From NCBI GenBank assembly GCA_044356215.1, contig JBIKWQ010000011.1, forward strand, positions 1 through 56,185: DNA of 56,185 nt. Reading direction: 5' to 3'. The notes under the pieces were generated by a model that was given only the letters and a program-made list of their open reading frames with translations, had not been told where the DNA came from and made no database searches. Both the position numbers and the translations under genes were made by a program. Within the stretch, counting starts at the first letter, position 1; every line of letters begins with the position of its first letter. Below are positions 41,657 to 51,915 of the stretch, in pieces. The stretch comes from Bdellovibrionota bacterium. Lineage in GTDB: Bacteria; Bdellovibrionota_C; UBA2361; OMII01.

Positions 41657-42850
41657 ATGGATGAAGTAAAAAACAAAGCCATTCAATCAGGAAACGCAAA
41701 GATCAAGGTCTTTGGAATCGGTGGTGGCGGACTAAACGCCGTCAACAACATGATCCGAAGTGGTCTAACAGGTGTAGAGTTCTATGCAGCTAACACAGAT
41801 GCGCAGGCTTTGGCTTCATGTTTGCCGACCAATAAGATCCGCTTGGGCGACGATATTACCAAGGGATTAGGAGCTGGAGCTGACCCAGAGGTGGGACGTG
41901 CCGCCGCTCGTGAGAGCGCTGAGCAGATCCGCAAAGCTCTTGAGGGCGCCGACATGGTTTTCATCACCGCGGGAATGGGTGGTGGAACTGGAACTTATGG
42001 AGCTTCAGTTGTTGCTGAAGTAGCAAAGAGCATCGGGTGCCTCACCGTTGGAGTTGTTACCAAGCCGTTCATGTTCGAGGGCAAGCGCCGTATGCGCAAT
42101 GCCGATCAGGGAATCGAAGAGCTCCGCAAGCACGCAGATACACTCATCACCATCCCGAACCAGAGGCTTTTGTCGATCGCTGGTCGCAATACCTCGCTCC
42201 TAGATACCTTCCGTAAGGCTGATGACGTTCTATATCAAGCAGTTAAGGGTATCAGTGACTTAATTATCTGCGAAGGCTTGGTAAACGTAGACTTTGCTGA
42301 CGTTCGCGCTGTTATGTCCGAGATGGGCATGGCGATGATGGGAACAGGCGAGGCGAGTGGAGACAACCGTGCTGTTGAAGCGGCAGAGAAAGCTATCTCC
42401 AGTCCGCTGCTTGAGGATATCTCGATACATGGCGCCCGCGGTGTGTTGATCAATGTAACAGCATCACCGGATGTTACCCTTCAAGAGGTTAACGAGGCAG
42501 CTGAGCTTATTCACACAGAGGCTCACGAAGATGCCAACATCATTTGGGGTATGGTGATAGACGAGAACCTGACTGACAGAGTCAGAGTAACCGTTATCGC
42601 TACAGGATTCGGCGACCAGATCGGTTCTTCGACTACTGTTACCCCAGGAGCCGCAGCTAAGGTTCCTGCTTCAGTGGTAAGCTCGGCCAACCTGGATGCC
42701 CCTTCTTTTGGGCGCAAGACAATAACCACGCCGGCGCAGAACAGCTCAGAGGTTATTAAGCTAAAGAGATTCTCAGTTCTGACAGCGGGAGGAGAGGAGG
42801 AGGATAAGTATGAGATTCCTACCTTCCTTCGTAAGCAGGCTGAGCAATAA
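41657..42850 (+). CDS. ftsZ: Cell division protein FtsZ
   Basis: GGGTGT tubulin motif, NVDFAD, C-terminal [11 protein letters not shown] 41657 has GGAGG (alternative GTG 41588). Confidence 0.98.
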   Translation: MDEVKNKAIQSGNAKIKVFGIGGGGLNAVNNMIRSGLTGVEFYAANTDAQALASCLPTNKIRLGDDITKGLGAGADPEVGRAAARESAEQIRKALEGADMVFITAGMGGGTGTYGASVVAEVAKSIGCLTVGVVTKPFMFEGKRRMRNADQGIEELRKHADTLITIPNQRLLSIAGRNTSLLDTFRKADDVLYQAVKGISDLIICEGLVNVDFADVRAVMSEMGMAMMGTGEASGDNRAVEAAEKAISSPLLEDISIHGARGVLINVTASPDVTLQEVNEAAELIHTEAHEDANIIWGMVIDENLTDRVRVTVIATGFGDQIGSSTTVTPGAAAKVPASVVSSANLDAPSFGRKTITTPAQNSSEVIKLKRFSVLTAGGEEEDKYEIPTFLRKQAEQ

Positions 42851-42918
42851 GGCTTAGAGAGACTGGGCAAAACATCGCAGATGCGATGTTTTGTAAGAAA
42901 AGGCGTGATAAGCGTCGT

Positions 42919-42956
42919 AAAAGAGGCAAAAATTAGCTTAGGCTAGTCTTTGCCTC
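42919..42956 (-). terminator. Hairpin between convergent ftsZ and 91-aa gene
   Basis: GAGGCAAA...TTTGCCTC stem with T-run on the minus strand. Confidence 0.6.
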
Positions 42957-42958
42957 GC

Positions 42959-43234
42959 TCACTTAGGGAACTTTCCCTCATTGCAGATCCGCACCTCGCG
43001 GACGTGCGCCGCGTCTTCAGCAAACACAGTTAGTTGTTGGAGCGTGGCCCCTTTGTTTAGGTAGTTGGCGTCATCAATAGAAGCGGGATCTATAAACAGG
43101 ATCTCTGTTTCGAAGTGGTAAGACGAAACTCTTCTCAGTCTGTCTAGTAGCCCCAGTTGCAACTTGTCATCGAGCTCAGTTAAAAGCTTCTCCCACAGTT
43201 CTGGGCAGTTTCCGCGCGCTTTCCTTTCGCTCAT
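42959..43234 (-). CDS. Small hypothetical protein, DnaA-N/DciA-like alpha-beta pattern
   Basis: GAGGT RBS; LWEKLLTEL helix followed by beta-beta-alpha-beta pattern. Confidence 0.6.
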   Translation of the reverse strand: MSERKARGNCPELWEKLLTELDDKLQLGLLDRLRRVSSYHFETEILFIDPASIDDANYLNKGATLQQLTVFAEDAAHVREVRICNEGKFPK

Positions 43235-43561
43235 AGGCTCACCTCTCTATTCCTCTCACCAGTCACATACGAACCCTGATTCTCTGGAACTACTATTAAG
43301 ATGCTCTAAGTTGGCAACACGGATCACACCGCACGACATATTGTCGATCCTTAAGGCGACGTTTATCTGATGGAAAACACATTTGAACGAAGTAAGTGGC
43401 ATAGAGGCCCTAAAAGCTACACTCATCCGGCTCAGCACCGGCGAAACGCCGCCCTCTCCCTAATTATAAGGGTTCCCACCTCCCTGCGGGAAGGAGGAAT
43501 TTTTGAATCATGACGGAATATGCTTGTAACGACTTGATATGTATCAGCTATTGAGATGTGG

Positions 43562-43604
43562 AAAAAACAAAAACGCGCCGTGTATTCCTACACAAGGCGC
43601 GTTT
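43562..43604 (-). terminator. Intrinsic terminator after 95-aa gene
   Basis: AAACGCGCC..GTGTA-loop-TACAC GGCGCGTTT followed by TTGTTTTTT on the minus strand. Confidence 0.75.
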
Positions 43605-43652
43605 CCAAATCTCCTAACCGAACCCTGCCGAATGACGGGCAGGACGAGGGGA

Positions 43653-43940
43653 TTACACAGCCTCAGCGGCCGCAAACTCTCTGATGTGATCTTCAGCCTG
43701 ACGCCCGATGGCTACACGGAGGCTGTCAATATCTAGATCAAGAGCTTCACAAATGAAGCGGAAAGAAAGAGGAGCGTCTGTCGGCTCATCTTCCATCAAC
43801 CACGAGCGAGCTCCTTCCCGAATATCACCATCTCCGCTGATAAAATCATGAATGGCTCTCTGAAGAACCGCGGCGAGTAAGCGTAACTCAGGAATTACAC
43901 CACCAGGAGGAGGAACATCTGAATTCGACCAAGATCCCAT
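43653..43940 (-). CDS. Conserved-looking small hypothetical protein
   Basis: PELRLLAAVLQRAIHD...ARSWL...FRFICEALDLD pattern; own terminator. Confidence 0.75.
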   Translation of the reverse strand: MGSWSNSDVPPPGGVIPELRLLAAVLQRAIHDFISGDGDIREGARSWLMEDEPTDAPLSFRFICEALDLDIDSLRVAIGRQAEDHIREFAAAEAV

Positions 43941-44642
43941 AATTTTATAGTCTCAAAAAAGTTTCGAACGTAGGACTACCGAAGCCTAAATCAAGCTTCC
44001 GCCTGGCGCGGCATTTCGAAGAGCGAGCTCTTCCGGTCCGCCACCTCCAAGCGAGCGCCTCAGTAGGCACCTACAGTCGGTGTGTAAAAGTTTCAGATGG
44101 CGCACGCCACCCGACCTCAGTCGCTTATATCCGAAACCTACTCTCCGTCCTCTTCTCTATAGCCACGCTCGCATACACACCTACATTCACTCTTCCCCTC
44201 CTAAGTTACCTATCAGGAGAAGCGTGCCCAGTAAGGCGTGTGTAGCGGGTTCAATCGAATCGGTACGGTTTGTCTGAGGCAGCTACTTAGCTACCTCAAA
44301 AAGGTTAAAGCTTTAGCAAACCGAGGACGGCAGAATATCTCTCCAAGGATCCGCTGGTCAAGAAAAATCGTACAGTCCAGAAAAAAAGTTTGGGTGTCTC
44401 AGCGTAATGTGAGGACGTGCGTGGTATAACCAACCCCCTGAGGTTATCTCAAGAGCTTCAAGCTTACCCCCCAAAACTAGCTTTTTTGCCCAATTTAGGG
44501 GGCTTTTCAGAGAGAAGCTGTTGGTTTGAGATCCTTTAGGATAAAATCAGCGCCGTTGCGGCCTCAAGTAAAAGTATCTAAGATATTGTTTTTGTTTAAC
44601 ATACTTAAACTTGAGAGTTGCCGATAGGTTTAAAGGGAAATT

Positions 44643-45887
44643 ATGGTGCAAGAACAGGTCGGTCATCGTTATAAACCAGGGATACCTGCAAGAGCGCATT
44701 TTCCTTTTTTTACTGAAGGGCCAGGGGGATGTTATCTCGATTCGGCAGCCACAACTCAGAAGCCGGCCCAAGTGATTGACTCAATCAGGCACACACTAAT
44801 ACACGCTAACGCCAATGTTCACCGAGGCGCGTACAGATTGAGTGCTCTCGCTTCCGAGCTTTATGATGAGGCTCGTTCCAAGATAGCGCGTTATATCGGT
44901 GCGACTAGCGATCGATCGATAGTATTTGTGAGGGGCGCTACTGAAGGGATCAATCTTGTAGCTTACGGCTCTGAGGCACTTTTTAATCGTGGTGATGTAA
45001 TTCTTCTGACCTTACTTGAGCACCACAGCAATATAGTCCCGTGGCAGCTTCTCGCGAAGCGTCGTGAGTTAAAGATAGAGTTCGTCGATATTAAGGATGA
45101 TGGCAGTCTTGACGTTGAGGACTTCAAGAAAAAAGTCACCGAGTTAAAACCAAAATTAGTCGCAGTGACCCAGCTCGCGAACTCCTTAGGCACAGTAACT
45201 CCGATCGGTGAGCTAGTTTCTTTTGCCCAAAGAAATGGCGCGAAAGTTTTGGTTGATGGAGCGCAAGGGGCGGTGCATTTAGGGGTAGATGTAGAGGCGC
45301 TTGGTTGTGACTATTATGTTTTCTCTGGACATAAGATATATGGACCTACCGGGATAGGTGTTCTTTACGCTAAACCTGAGAGGTTAGAGGAGATGCGGCC
45401 GTTCCAGGGTGGTGGAGATATGATCTCCTACGTAAGTGTTGAGGGCTCAGGATGGGCCGAGATTCCTCAGAGGTTTGAGGCCGGTACTCCAGCGTTTCCG
45501 GAGGCTATAGCTCTTGGAGCGGCGATTGACTTCGTCAGCGCCTTTGATCGCGAGGAAGTTAAGCGTCACGAGCATAATCTTTTAGAAGAGGCCATATCGC
45601 TGCTTAAAGATGAGCCCGGAGTGACTCTTTACGGCCCCTCGACAACTGGTGGCGAGCAGGCGGCTGTAGTGTCGTTTTCGATTGATCTTGTGCATCCACA
45701 CGATTTCGCGACTATAGCTGATACTCATAATGTGCAAATTAGAGCCGGTAATCACTGCGCGATGCCCACCTTAAGAAGGCTGGGAGTTCAAGCGACTGCG
45801 CGGATTAGCTTTGGTCTTTATTCAGCCTCTGAAGATCTGATAGCCGTCCGAGACGCAATCAGGCAGGCACGCGCTATGTTTAAGTAA
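44643..45887 (+). CDS. sufS: SufS/CsdA-type cysteine desulfurase
   Basis: YLDSAAT, NVHRG, EHHSN, DGAQ, SGHK (PLP lysine), RAGNHCA. Confidence 0.93.
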   Translation: MVQEQVGHRYKPGIPARAHFPFFTEGPGGCYLDSAATTQKPAQVIDSIRHTLIHANANVHRGAYRLSALASELYDEARSKIARYIGATSDRSIVFVRGATEGINLVAYGSEALFNRGDVILLTLLEHHSNIVPWQLLAKRRELKIEFVDIKDDGSLDVEDFKKKVTELKPKLVAVTQLANSLGTVTPIGELVSFAQRNGAKVLVDGAQGAVHLGVDVEALGCDYYVFSGHKIYGPTGIGVLYAKPERLEEMRPFQGGGDMISYVSVEGSGWAEIPQRFEAGTPAFPEAIALGAAIDFVSAFDREEVKRHEHNLLEEAISLLKDEPGVTLYGPSTTGGEQAAVVSFSIDLVHPHDFATIADTHNVQIRAGNHCAMPTLRRLGVQATARISFGLYSASEDLIAVRDAIRQARAMFK

Positions 45888-46443
45888 GAGCTCTGCGCCT
45901 CGTAATAAGTATTACGACGAGATTATACGCGCCGTGGCAGATGGCGACGGCGGTTAGAGAGTCGGAGTAAAAATGTACTAGCCACAGATACGCTCCCATC
46001 GCGGTATATAGTGGTATCATCGCGCCATATTTTTTAAAACTGCCGATAAAGTGCGTTGCCGCGAATATTAAACTGCTAACAACGAAAGCGAATTCGATCC
46101 CACCGAGGCGCGCGCAGAGCGAATTGAGAGCGCCCCGAAAAAACATCTCTTCGCAAACTCCAGAGAGGATCGCCACAATGATCGCCGCGGTTGGGGTGAT
46201 GTGACGACAGAGTGGGATAATTATCTCCTGAGAAAACCGGTAAAAGATAGACCCGTGGTTAGTCTCGCTATAGCGCCAAAGGATGTTGTTCACAATGAGG
46301 GGAGGAATTATTAGAGCGAAGCCGACTAAGACAGCCCACCACGATGAATTCCAAATGAGGGGAATATCGGCGAATAGTGAGATCGCCAGAGACAGTATGA
46401 GCAAGATTCCTTCTGAGATGAAAGCCGCGAGTAAGATCCGCAT
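45880..46443 (-). CDS. CPBP (Abi/CAAX) intramembrane glutamic endopeptidase
   Basis: EEMFFRG, FAATH, HGAYN motifs. Confidence 0.9.
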   Translation of the reverse strand: MRILLAAFISEGILLILSLAISLFADIPLIWNSSWWAVLVGFALIIPPLIVNNILWRYSETNHGSIFYRFSQEIIIPLCRHITPTAAIIVAILSGVCEEMFFRGALNSLCARLGGIEFAFVVSSLIFAATHFIGSFKKYGAMIPLYTAMGAYLWLVHFYSDSLTAVAICHGAYNLVVILITRRRALT

Positions 46444-47043
46444 CTACGGTGCTCCTTCACGTATGGATTGGGCATTCAGATCCGCTCCGAAGCCGAGACA
46501 GCTAGTTAGTTTACGCGCGGCTTGATCGGCAGCCTCCTCAAGAGCATGGATTAGATCTGATTCGAAGGCGAATTTAGATAACTCCGAGTGGGTACCACTC
46601 TCAAGGCAGCTACTAACCAAGCCAGATTGATTAAACATTGATCCTTCTAATGTTACAGAAGCGGAAGGCCTTCTAATAAAAAGTAGATCATAGCCGTTGA
46701 TTTTCGCGTCGCTGATATTAACGATCAGCCTCGGTCCATTGATCGGCGATTTATCGTGAGTGGTTAATCCGTACCCTGCGCTGCCGGCGTGAAACCGCAA
46801 TCTTGAGGTGACGATCGCTTCAAGGTCCTCAGTAAAGACACGAGATGTAGGAATAATCCCCAAAAGAAATTGAAAGCCCCGACTGACATCGGGTGATGGG
46901 TTGATAACATTGAGAGGCAGCGAGTGCTCGGCTGAAGAAACCAGGCTATCCAAGCCTGGGGTGCTTTCGTATGTGTTTAGGTGAGTTGTGAAGCAACCAA
47001 AGAGCGAGAGCGGTAGGATTAGAAGAAGTGTTTTTCGGAACAT
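46444..47043 (-). CDS. Putative lipoprotein
   Basis: Signal peptide with lipobox LFGC. Confidence 0.7.
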   Translation of the reverse strand: MFRKTLLLILPLSLFGCFTTHLNTYESTPGLDSLVSSAEHSLPLNVINPSPDVSRGFQFLLGIIPTSRVFTEDLEAIVTSRLRFHAGSAGYGLTTHDKSPINGPRLIVNISDAKINGYDLLFIRRPSASVTLEGSMFNQSGLVSSCLESGTHSELSKFAFESDLIHALEEAADQAARKLTSCLGFGADLNAQSIREGAP

Positions 47044-47238
47044 TCGGTCACGAGCTCATCAAAATTAGTGGTAATATTCTGATCCGTTAGCTTATTTAGC
47101 GACATAATAACCGCGACGATACTACGAATCCGGTGAGTCATTACGACATGTCTTCGCACCTGAGAGTACCCTGATGGGAGGTTCTAGGATAGGACCCAAC
47201 TTTGGGTTAGACTGTAGCTGTACCGCGTGGCTTAATAG

Positions 47239-48564
47239 ATGGCAGACAAAAAGAAACGACTCACCAAAGAGCTTAACCTCGGGTTGACCGAAATCTTGTC
47301 GGCTGCTCAGGGTTCTGACCCCGGTGGCGTCACTACATCTCAGGGGCCTACGACTACAGAGACCTCAATAGTTACCTTCGAGGATGATTTAGAGCGACTC
47401 AGTCCTGAGCTCTCTGGTTTAGCAGAGAGGAAGCAGTGGGGAATCTTAGTAAGTCGCGCTGAGACGGCTATTACCAGTGAAGAGGATATAGAGGCGCGCC
47501 TCTGGTGGGTACGTGGTCACTTGGGGGCGTTTACCTTGCCTGTGTCGTTGCTCGCTGCTCCGTTTGAAACCGTCTGCAGACAGCTAACCGACGATGTTCG
47601 CGTGGATACATTTAGGCAGTTGTTGAAGGAGATCGGCGAGATAATGCTGGAGCGGCTGCGTGGAGTTGGGGATCGGCGACAGGAATACGCGGTACGTTTG
47701 GCGTTGTATCAGTTAGGTGTAATGGAGCCAGATGAAAAATCCAAGAACAGCTATGGAAAGATTCCCCCTAAGGTAGTGCAATTTGATGAGGCACCGGCTG
47801 CTACGGTACATGAGGAGGCGCCCCCATCAAAGCCTACCGAGGAGAAGAAGCGATATCGATGGATTACTCTGACATCGGCTCTTCTTCTTGTTTTTTTTGG
47901 GACCGGATTCTTTATTACGCGAGCGTATCTCGCGAAGCCTAATCTTTTGATTGCGGATGAGGATCTTCTTGGGGCGGATCAGGTGGCTGTCACACAACAA
48001 CCACCGGTATTAGCTAGACATGTATCGAGTAATTTAGGAGCGATCTATTACTCGATTGGTGAGGATCGGAAAGGAACTGATGAGCCGCGAGTTTCTGGGA
48101 TCGCCCAGACTGACGGAGGGCTTGAAAAGGCGGGTACAAGCGGGGCGGTGGTTCCAGATCAGCCGGCGAGACCACCAGCGCCCGATATTTCACGAGCAAA
48201 AGAGAAGATCCGAACCGATGGTCCGATTGAGGGACCGGAGTTCGCTCGTGGAGTTGAACCGAAATTAGTTCCAGAAGCTCGTCTTCCTGAGGTTTCACTG
48301 CCTGATTTATCGAGCTCCGTCCCGGCCAGTTCGTATCCAGACGGCAGTCTGAACATCGGTGGGGAGGTGAAGTCGACGATAGTTGAGACCGATGTATATC
48401 AGTCCCCTGATTTCAGCGCGCGCGTTATCGCCCGACTCGCCGCGGGGGATAAAGTTAGTGTCGAGGGAAGTGTAGGCCAGTGGTTGCGGATCAGATCTCG
48501 GAGGGGCAGAGCGGGATTTGTTTTAGCTCAAGATGTTGGTGAGCTCGAGGATTTTCGTCGCTAG
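47239..48564 (+). CDS. Single-pass membrane protein with C-terminal SH3b domain
   Basis: TM near aa 208-228, Pro-rich linker, VYQSP...L..GD.V...GQW.RI...GFV. Confidence 0.75.
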   Translation: MADKKKRLTKELNLGLTEILSAAQGSDPGGVTTSQGPTTTETSIVTFEDDLERLSPELSGLAERKQWGILVSRAETAITSEEDIEARLWWVRGHLGAFTLPVSLLAAPFETVCRQLTDDVRVDTFRQLLKEIGEIMLERLRGVGDRRQEYAVRLALYQLGVMEPDEKSKNSYGKIPPKVVQFDEAPAATVHEEAPPSKPTEEKKRYRWITLTSALLLVFFGTGFFITRAYLAKPNLLIADEDLLGADQVAVTQQPPVLARHVSSNLGAIYYSIGEDRKGTDEPRVSGIAQTDGGLEKAGTSGAVVPDQPARPPAPDISRAKEKIRTDGPIEGPEFARGVEPKLVPEARLPEVSLPDLSSSVPASSYPDGSLNIGGEVKSTIVETDVYQSPDFSARVIARLAAGDKVSVEGSVGQWLRIRSRRGRAGFVLAQDVGELEDFRR

Positions 48565-48578
48565 TCTTCCTGAAAAGC

Positions 48579-48615
48579 AAAAGGCCGCCAAGTCTCAACG
48601 ACTTGACGGCCTTTT
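48579..48615. terminator. Bidirectional intrinsic terminator
   Basis: AAAAGGCCG.CAAGT-loop-ACTTG.CGGCCTTTT between convergent genes. Confidence 0.8.
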
Positions 48616-48640
48616 AAACGGTGATTAAATCAACGGAGTC

Positions 48641-48958
48641 TTAGTCTTCCATCGCGGAAGAAGCGCTCTCACTCATTGAATCACTCGAACTAACCTCGAT
48701 CTGCATCGAGCTAGTCATCTCATTAGAATCAGATGACGCGGTGCGCACTACCTTCGCGGCCTGTAGACCCTTTGGTCCCTCCTTGAGTTCGTACTCAACG
48801 GTCTCTCCATCCTTTAAGGTTTTGAAACCATCGGTAGCGATAACCGAGTAGTGAACAAATACATCACGACCGCTTGAGTGAGCGATGAAACCAAAACCTT
48901 TGGCGTCATTGAACCACTTAACCGTTCCCTTTAGTGTGTTTGATTGCGAATCAGACAT
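48641..48958 (-). CDS. Cold-shock domain protein with Ser/acidic tail
   Basis: GTVKWFNDAKGFGFI, DVFVHYS, GPKGLQA. Confidence 0.95.
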   Translation of the reverse strand: MSDSQSNTLKGTVKWFNDAKGFGFIAHSSGRDVFVHYSVIATDGFKTLKDGETVEYELKEGPKGLQAAKVVRTASSDSNEMTSSMQIEVSSSDSMSESASSAMED

Positions 48959-49241
48959 AACAACTGGCTCCCGTATAAAAAACCACGGTAGGGTGACCCT
49001 ACCATATTCAAATCAGGTTACAAGCACGGTTTTTATTTGCCGGTCTATAACCATGCATTTGAGATTCTGAAACCACGACAGAGGATCCAACTTTTTTAAA
49101 CGGCTGTTTGGTATCTAGGTCTTTGTGGGTAGGTGTGTCATTAGACGAGGTTTTCGTTCTTTTGAAAGAAGGCCTCGAGGCGGGGAGAACACGCTGATTT
49201 AACTCATTTATATTCGACTGATTAAGCGGCATAGCTTCTCC

Positions 49242-49335
49242 GCGCGGTCTCTGAGAGGGTGTGCAAACGTGCAGGCGCGCTGTTTCAGCGCGGTCTCTGA
49301 GAGAGCGCTGGAGGTGGACCGCGCGGTCTCTGAGA
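49242..49335. repeat. Three direct copies of GCGCGGTCTCTGAGA
   Basis: Exact 15-mer at 49242, 49288 and 49321. Confidence 0.85.
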
Positions 49336-49451
49336 TGGGGAGAGATGCGCAAGGTGAATTGCTAAGTGCCCGTTATTGTTGGTACTCTAGAGCAGCCCGC
49401 TGACCAGAATTCAGAGCACCTGAAAAATTAAACAGCGGTTTGTTGAGGTGT

Positions 49452-50903
49452 ATGGATATAGCGCGAGACCTGCTAGAGAGTTTGCCTGAACCACATTTAA
49501 TTGTGGCGCTGGACGGTATTTGTCTTGAGGCCAATTCGAGCTTCGCTAAATTGATTGGCCGCCCCTTAATTGAAATAAACGGTTATAGCTGCGCCGACTT
49601 CTGGCCATCTGTTGAAGAATTTTTAAATTCTAGTAGCGAGCACGCGGTAGAGCTTATCGATAGTAGTGGTCGCTCTATAACAGCGCGAGTCTCGTGCTTT
49701 GTCCGCGATGTGGTGGTCGTTAAAGTGCTAGCGAGCGCGGCGCACGGAGAATCCCTGCAGCTTCATCACAAGCAACGTCTTGAGACCCTTGGAATCTTAG
49801 CCGGAGGAGTGGCGCACGATTTTAATAATGTGCTCACCGGTATTCTCGGTCACCTAGCGTATCTGAAACATGTGCTCCCGGATCCATTTAATAAGTCAGA
49901 GTCGCTTATTGCGATTGAAGAGGGCGCGCTGAAGGCATCCGGACTAACTCAACAGATCTTGAATTTCTCCAAGCTAGACGCGAGCGAAGAGCTTAGAAAT
50001 GTCGATGTGGATCAGGTATTGGCGCGGATCTCTGTCCTCCTTAAGAGCGCCATTCCATCTGATATTACCCTCACATCCCAGAGGAGTTCTCAGGGATTTA
50101 CAGTTCTTGGCTCCGAGGTCCATCTCTCGCAGATCCTAATTAACCTAATAATTAACGCGCGCGACGCTATCTCGGGGAAGGGAGATATCGAGGTGCGCTT
50201 AATCTCGCCGATTTCTGAAGAGGAGGCGCGCGATATATTTGGGGATGAGCCAGCATCAAGTGCTTACGGAGCGATCGAAGTGTGTGATTCTGGAAGTGGA
50301 ATGAGTGATGAGGTAAAGCAGAGATTGTTTGAACCTTACTTCACCACAAAGAACGAGGCTGGAACGGGGCTAGGGCTCTCTACTGTAAACGCGATCGTCA
50401 CTAAACTAGGCGGCGCCATTCAGGTGTTTTCCGCGGTTGGAGAAGGAACTCTGTTTAGGATCGTGCTACCTCTCGCAGCAAATACTACATCCTATGTTGG
50501 AGCGACAGGTAGTGAGCTTGCGGTTACTAGGGGTACAGGTGAGCGCATTCTGATAATAGATGACGAGGACGCCGTAAGAAACGTCCTGGGCTTAAGTCTT
50601 TCACATTTAGGATATCAGGTAGACACAGCTTCCTCAGGGCTTGAGGGGCTTGAGCTTTTTAAAGAAGCCCCGAACAGATACAGCCTCGTGATCCTCGACC
50701 TACTTATGCCCGGCCTCTCAGGGGAGGAGACCTTTAATCGCCTACGGGCTATAGATCCAAAACTCCCAGTTTTAATCGTCAGTGGATTTAGCTCAGAGCA
50801 CGTTGTTACGCGTGTGCTAGAGGATGGCGCCCGTGATTTCATTCAGAAGCCTTTTTCGATAGAAGTTTTGTCGGAGAAAGTAAGGGGGTGTTTAGGTGAT
50901 TAA
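49452..50903 (+). CDS. Cytoplasmic PAS hybrid histidine kinase/receiver (CckA-like architecture)
   Basis: PAS-like N-terminus, AHDFNN H-box, NARDA, DSGSG, FTTK..GTGLGL, receiver DD...D...KP. Confidence 0.92.
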   Translation: MDIARDLLESLPEPHLIVALDGICLEANSSFAKLIGRPLIEINGYSCADFWPSVEEFLNSSSEHAVELIDSSGRSITARVSCFVRDVVVVKVLASAAHGESLQLHHKQRLETLGILAGGVAHDFNNVLTGILGHLAYLKHVLPDPFNKSESLIAIEEGALKASGLTQQILNFSKLDASEELRNVDVDQVLARISVLLKSAIPSDITLTSQRSSQGFTVLGSEVHLSQILINLIINARDAISGKGDIEVRLISPISEEEARDIFGDEPASSAYGAIEVCDSGSGMSDEVKQRLFEPYFTTKNEAGTGLGLSTVNAIVTKLGGAIQVFSAVGEGTLFRIVLPLAANTTSYVGATGSELAVTRGTGERILIIDDEDAVRNVLGLSLSHLGYQVDTASSGLEGLELFKEAPNRYSLVILDLLMPGLSGEETFNRLRAIDPKLPVLIVSGFSSEHVVTRVLEDGARDFIQKPFSIEVLSEKVRGCLGD

Positions 50904-51915
50904 GTCGTACGCGGTTAGATCGATTCAGATAAATCCAGGTCTTGTTCTGTCGCCGATGAGTGGCGTCACTACACGGCCTTTTAGAAGGCTAATAAAAGAG
51001 CTTAATCCAGGCGCAGTTGGTTTGGTCGTCAGTGAGTTTGTCTCTGTTGAGGGAATGACGCGTGGATCAAGACGCACCCTTGAGATGATGAAGTTCTCTG
51101 AGGAGGAGCGTCCGTACTGCGTTCAGATATTCGGCTACGATGTAGACCGCATGCGTGATGCGGCGTTAATGGTTCAAGATATCGGCGCGGATATGGTAGA
51201 TATAAATTGTGGTTGTCCCGCGCCAAAAGTTGTCAAACGTGGCGGTGGGTGCGAATTGATGCGTCAACCAGATCACTTGCAAAAGATAATTAAAGAGGTC
51301 CGTAAAGCAGTAACTATGCCGCTTACTCTTAAGATTAGAGCGGGATGGGATGACGGATCTCGAAATGCCCTTGATGTAGCGAAGATGGCAGAGTCCGAAG
51401 GGATCGAAGCTTTAGCTATCCATGGCCGAACCCGTGCTCAGTTGTACCGTGGAAGCGCCGATTGGGATATCGTTGAGAAGGTCGCTGACGCGTTATCGAT
51501 CCCAGTTTTAGGGAGTGGAGATGTAGTCGATCGAGCGAGCGCCGAAGAGCGTCTAAGGGGCAAGATAGCTGGCTTGTTTATCGGCCGCGCTAGTATGTGG
51601 AACCCGTTAGTTTTCTCAGAGATAGTTTCGGGATCGGCGAATACATTCAGAAACGACCACGGTCTGATGTTAAAGACCCTTTTCAGGTATATCGATCTCT
51701 TAAGGGAGGATTTCCACGAGAGCTCATGCGCGGGAAAACTTAAGCAGTTAGCCTCTCAGATGTGCCGCGGAGCCCCGTGGCGTAAGACCCTGCTTACCTT
51801 AAATACATTATCTGAGCAGATCGACCTTCTAAAGTCTGTTCAGGATGGCGCTTTCATCCAACCTGGCAGAGTATATGAAGATGATATGCTTAATCTGGAG
51901 ATAAACTGTCAGTGA
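50896..51915 (+). CDS. tRNA-dihydrouridine synthase (DusB-like)
   Basis: LSPMSG, VQIFG, DINCGCP, HGRT, GSGDV. Confidence 0.9.
   Translation: MIKSYAVRSIQINPGLVLSPMSGVTTRPFRRLIKELNPGAVGLVVSEFVSVEGMTRGSRRTLEMMKFSEEERPYCVQIFGYDVDRMRDAALMVQDIGADMVDINCGCPAPKVVKRGGGCELMRQPDHLQKIIKEVRKAVTMPLTLKIRAGWDDGSRNALDVAKMAESEGIEALAIHGRTRAQLYRGSADWDIVEKVADALSIPVLGSGDVVDRASAEERLRGKIAGLFIGRASMWNPLVFSEIVSGSANTFRNDHGLMLKTLFRYIDLLREDFHESSCAGKLKQLASQMCRGAPWRKTLLTLNTLSEQIDLLKSVQDGAFIQPGRVYEDDMLNLEINCQ

Noticed and set aside
43256..43438. 60-aa minus-strand ORF
   Set aside because: No clear RBS or domain; cannot be supported from sequence alone
49242..49335. CRISPR array interpretation of the triple repeat
   Set aside because: Repeat only 15-18 bp, spacers unequal (31 and 18 bp), no cas genes in the window
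49008..49352. 114-aa minus-strand ORF containing LRDRA twice
   Set aside because: The third DNA repeat falls in a different frame and there is no recognisable domain; the repeat appears to act at nucleotide level
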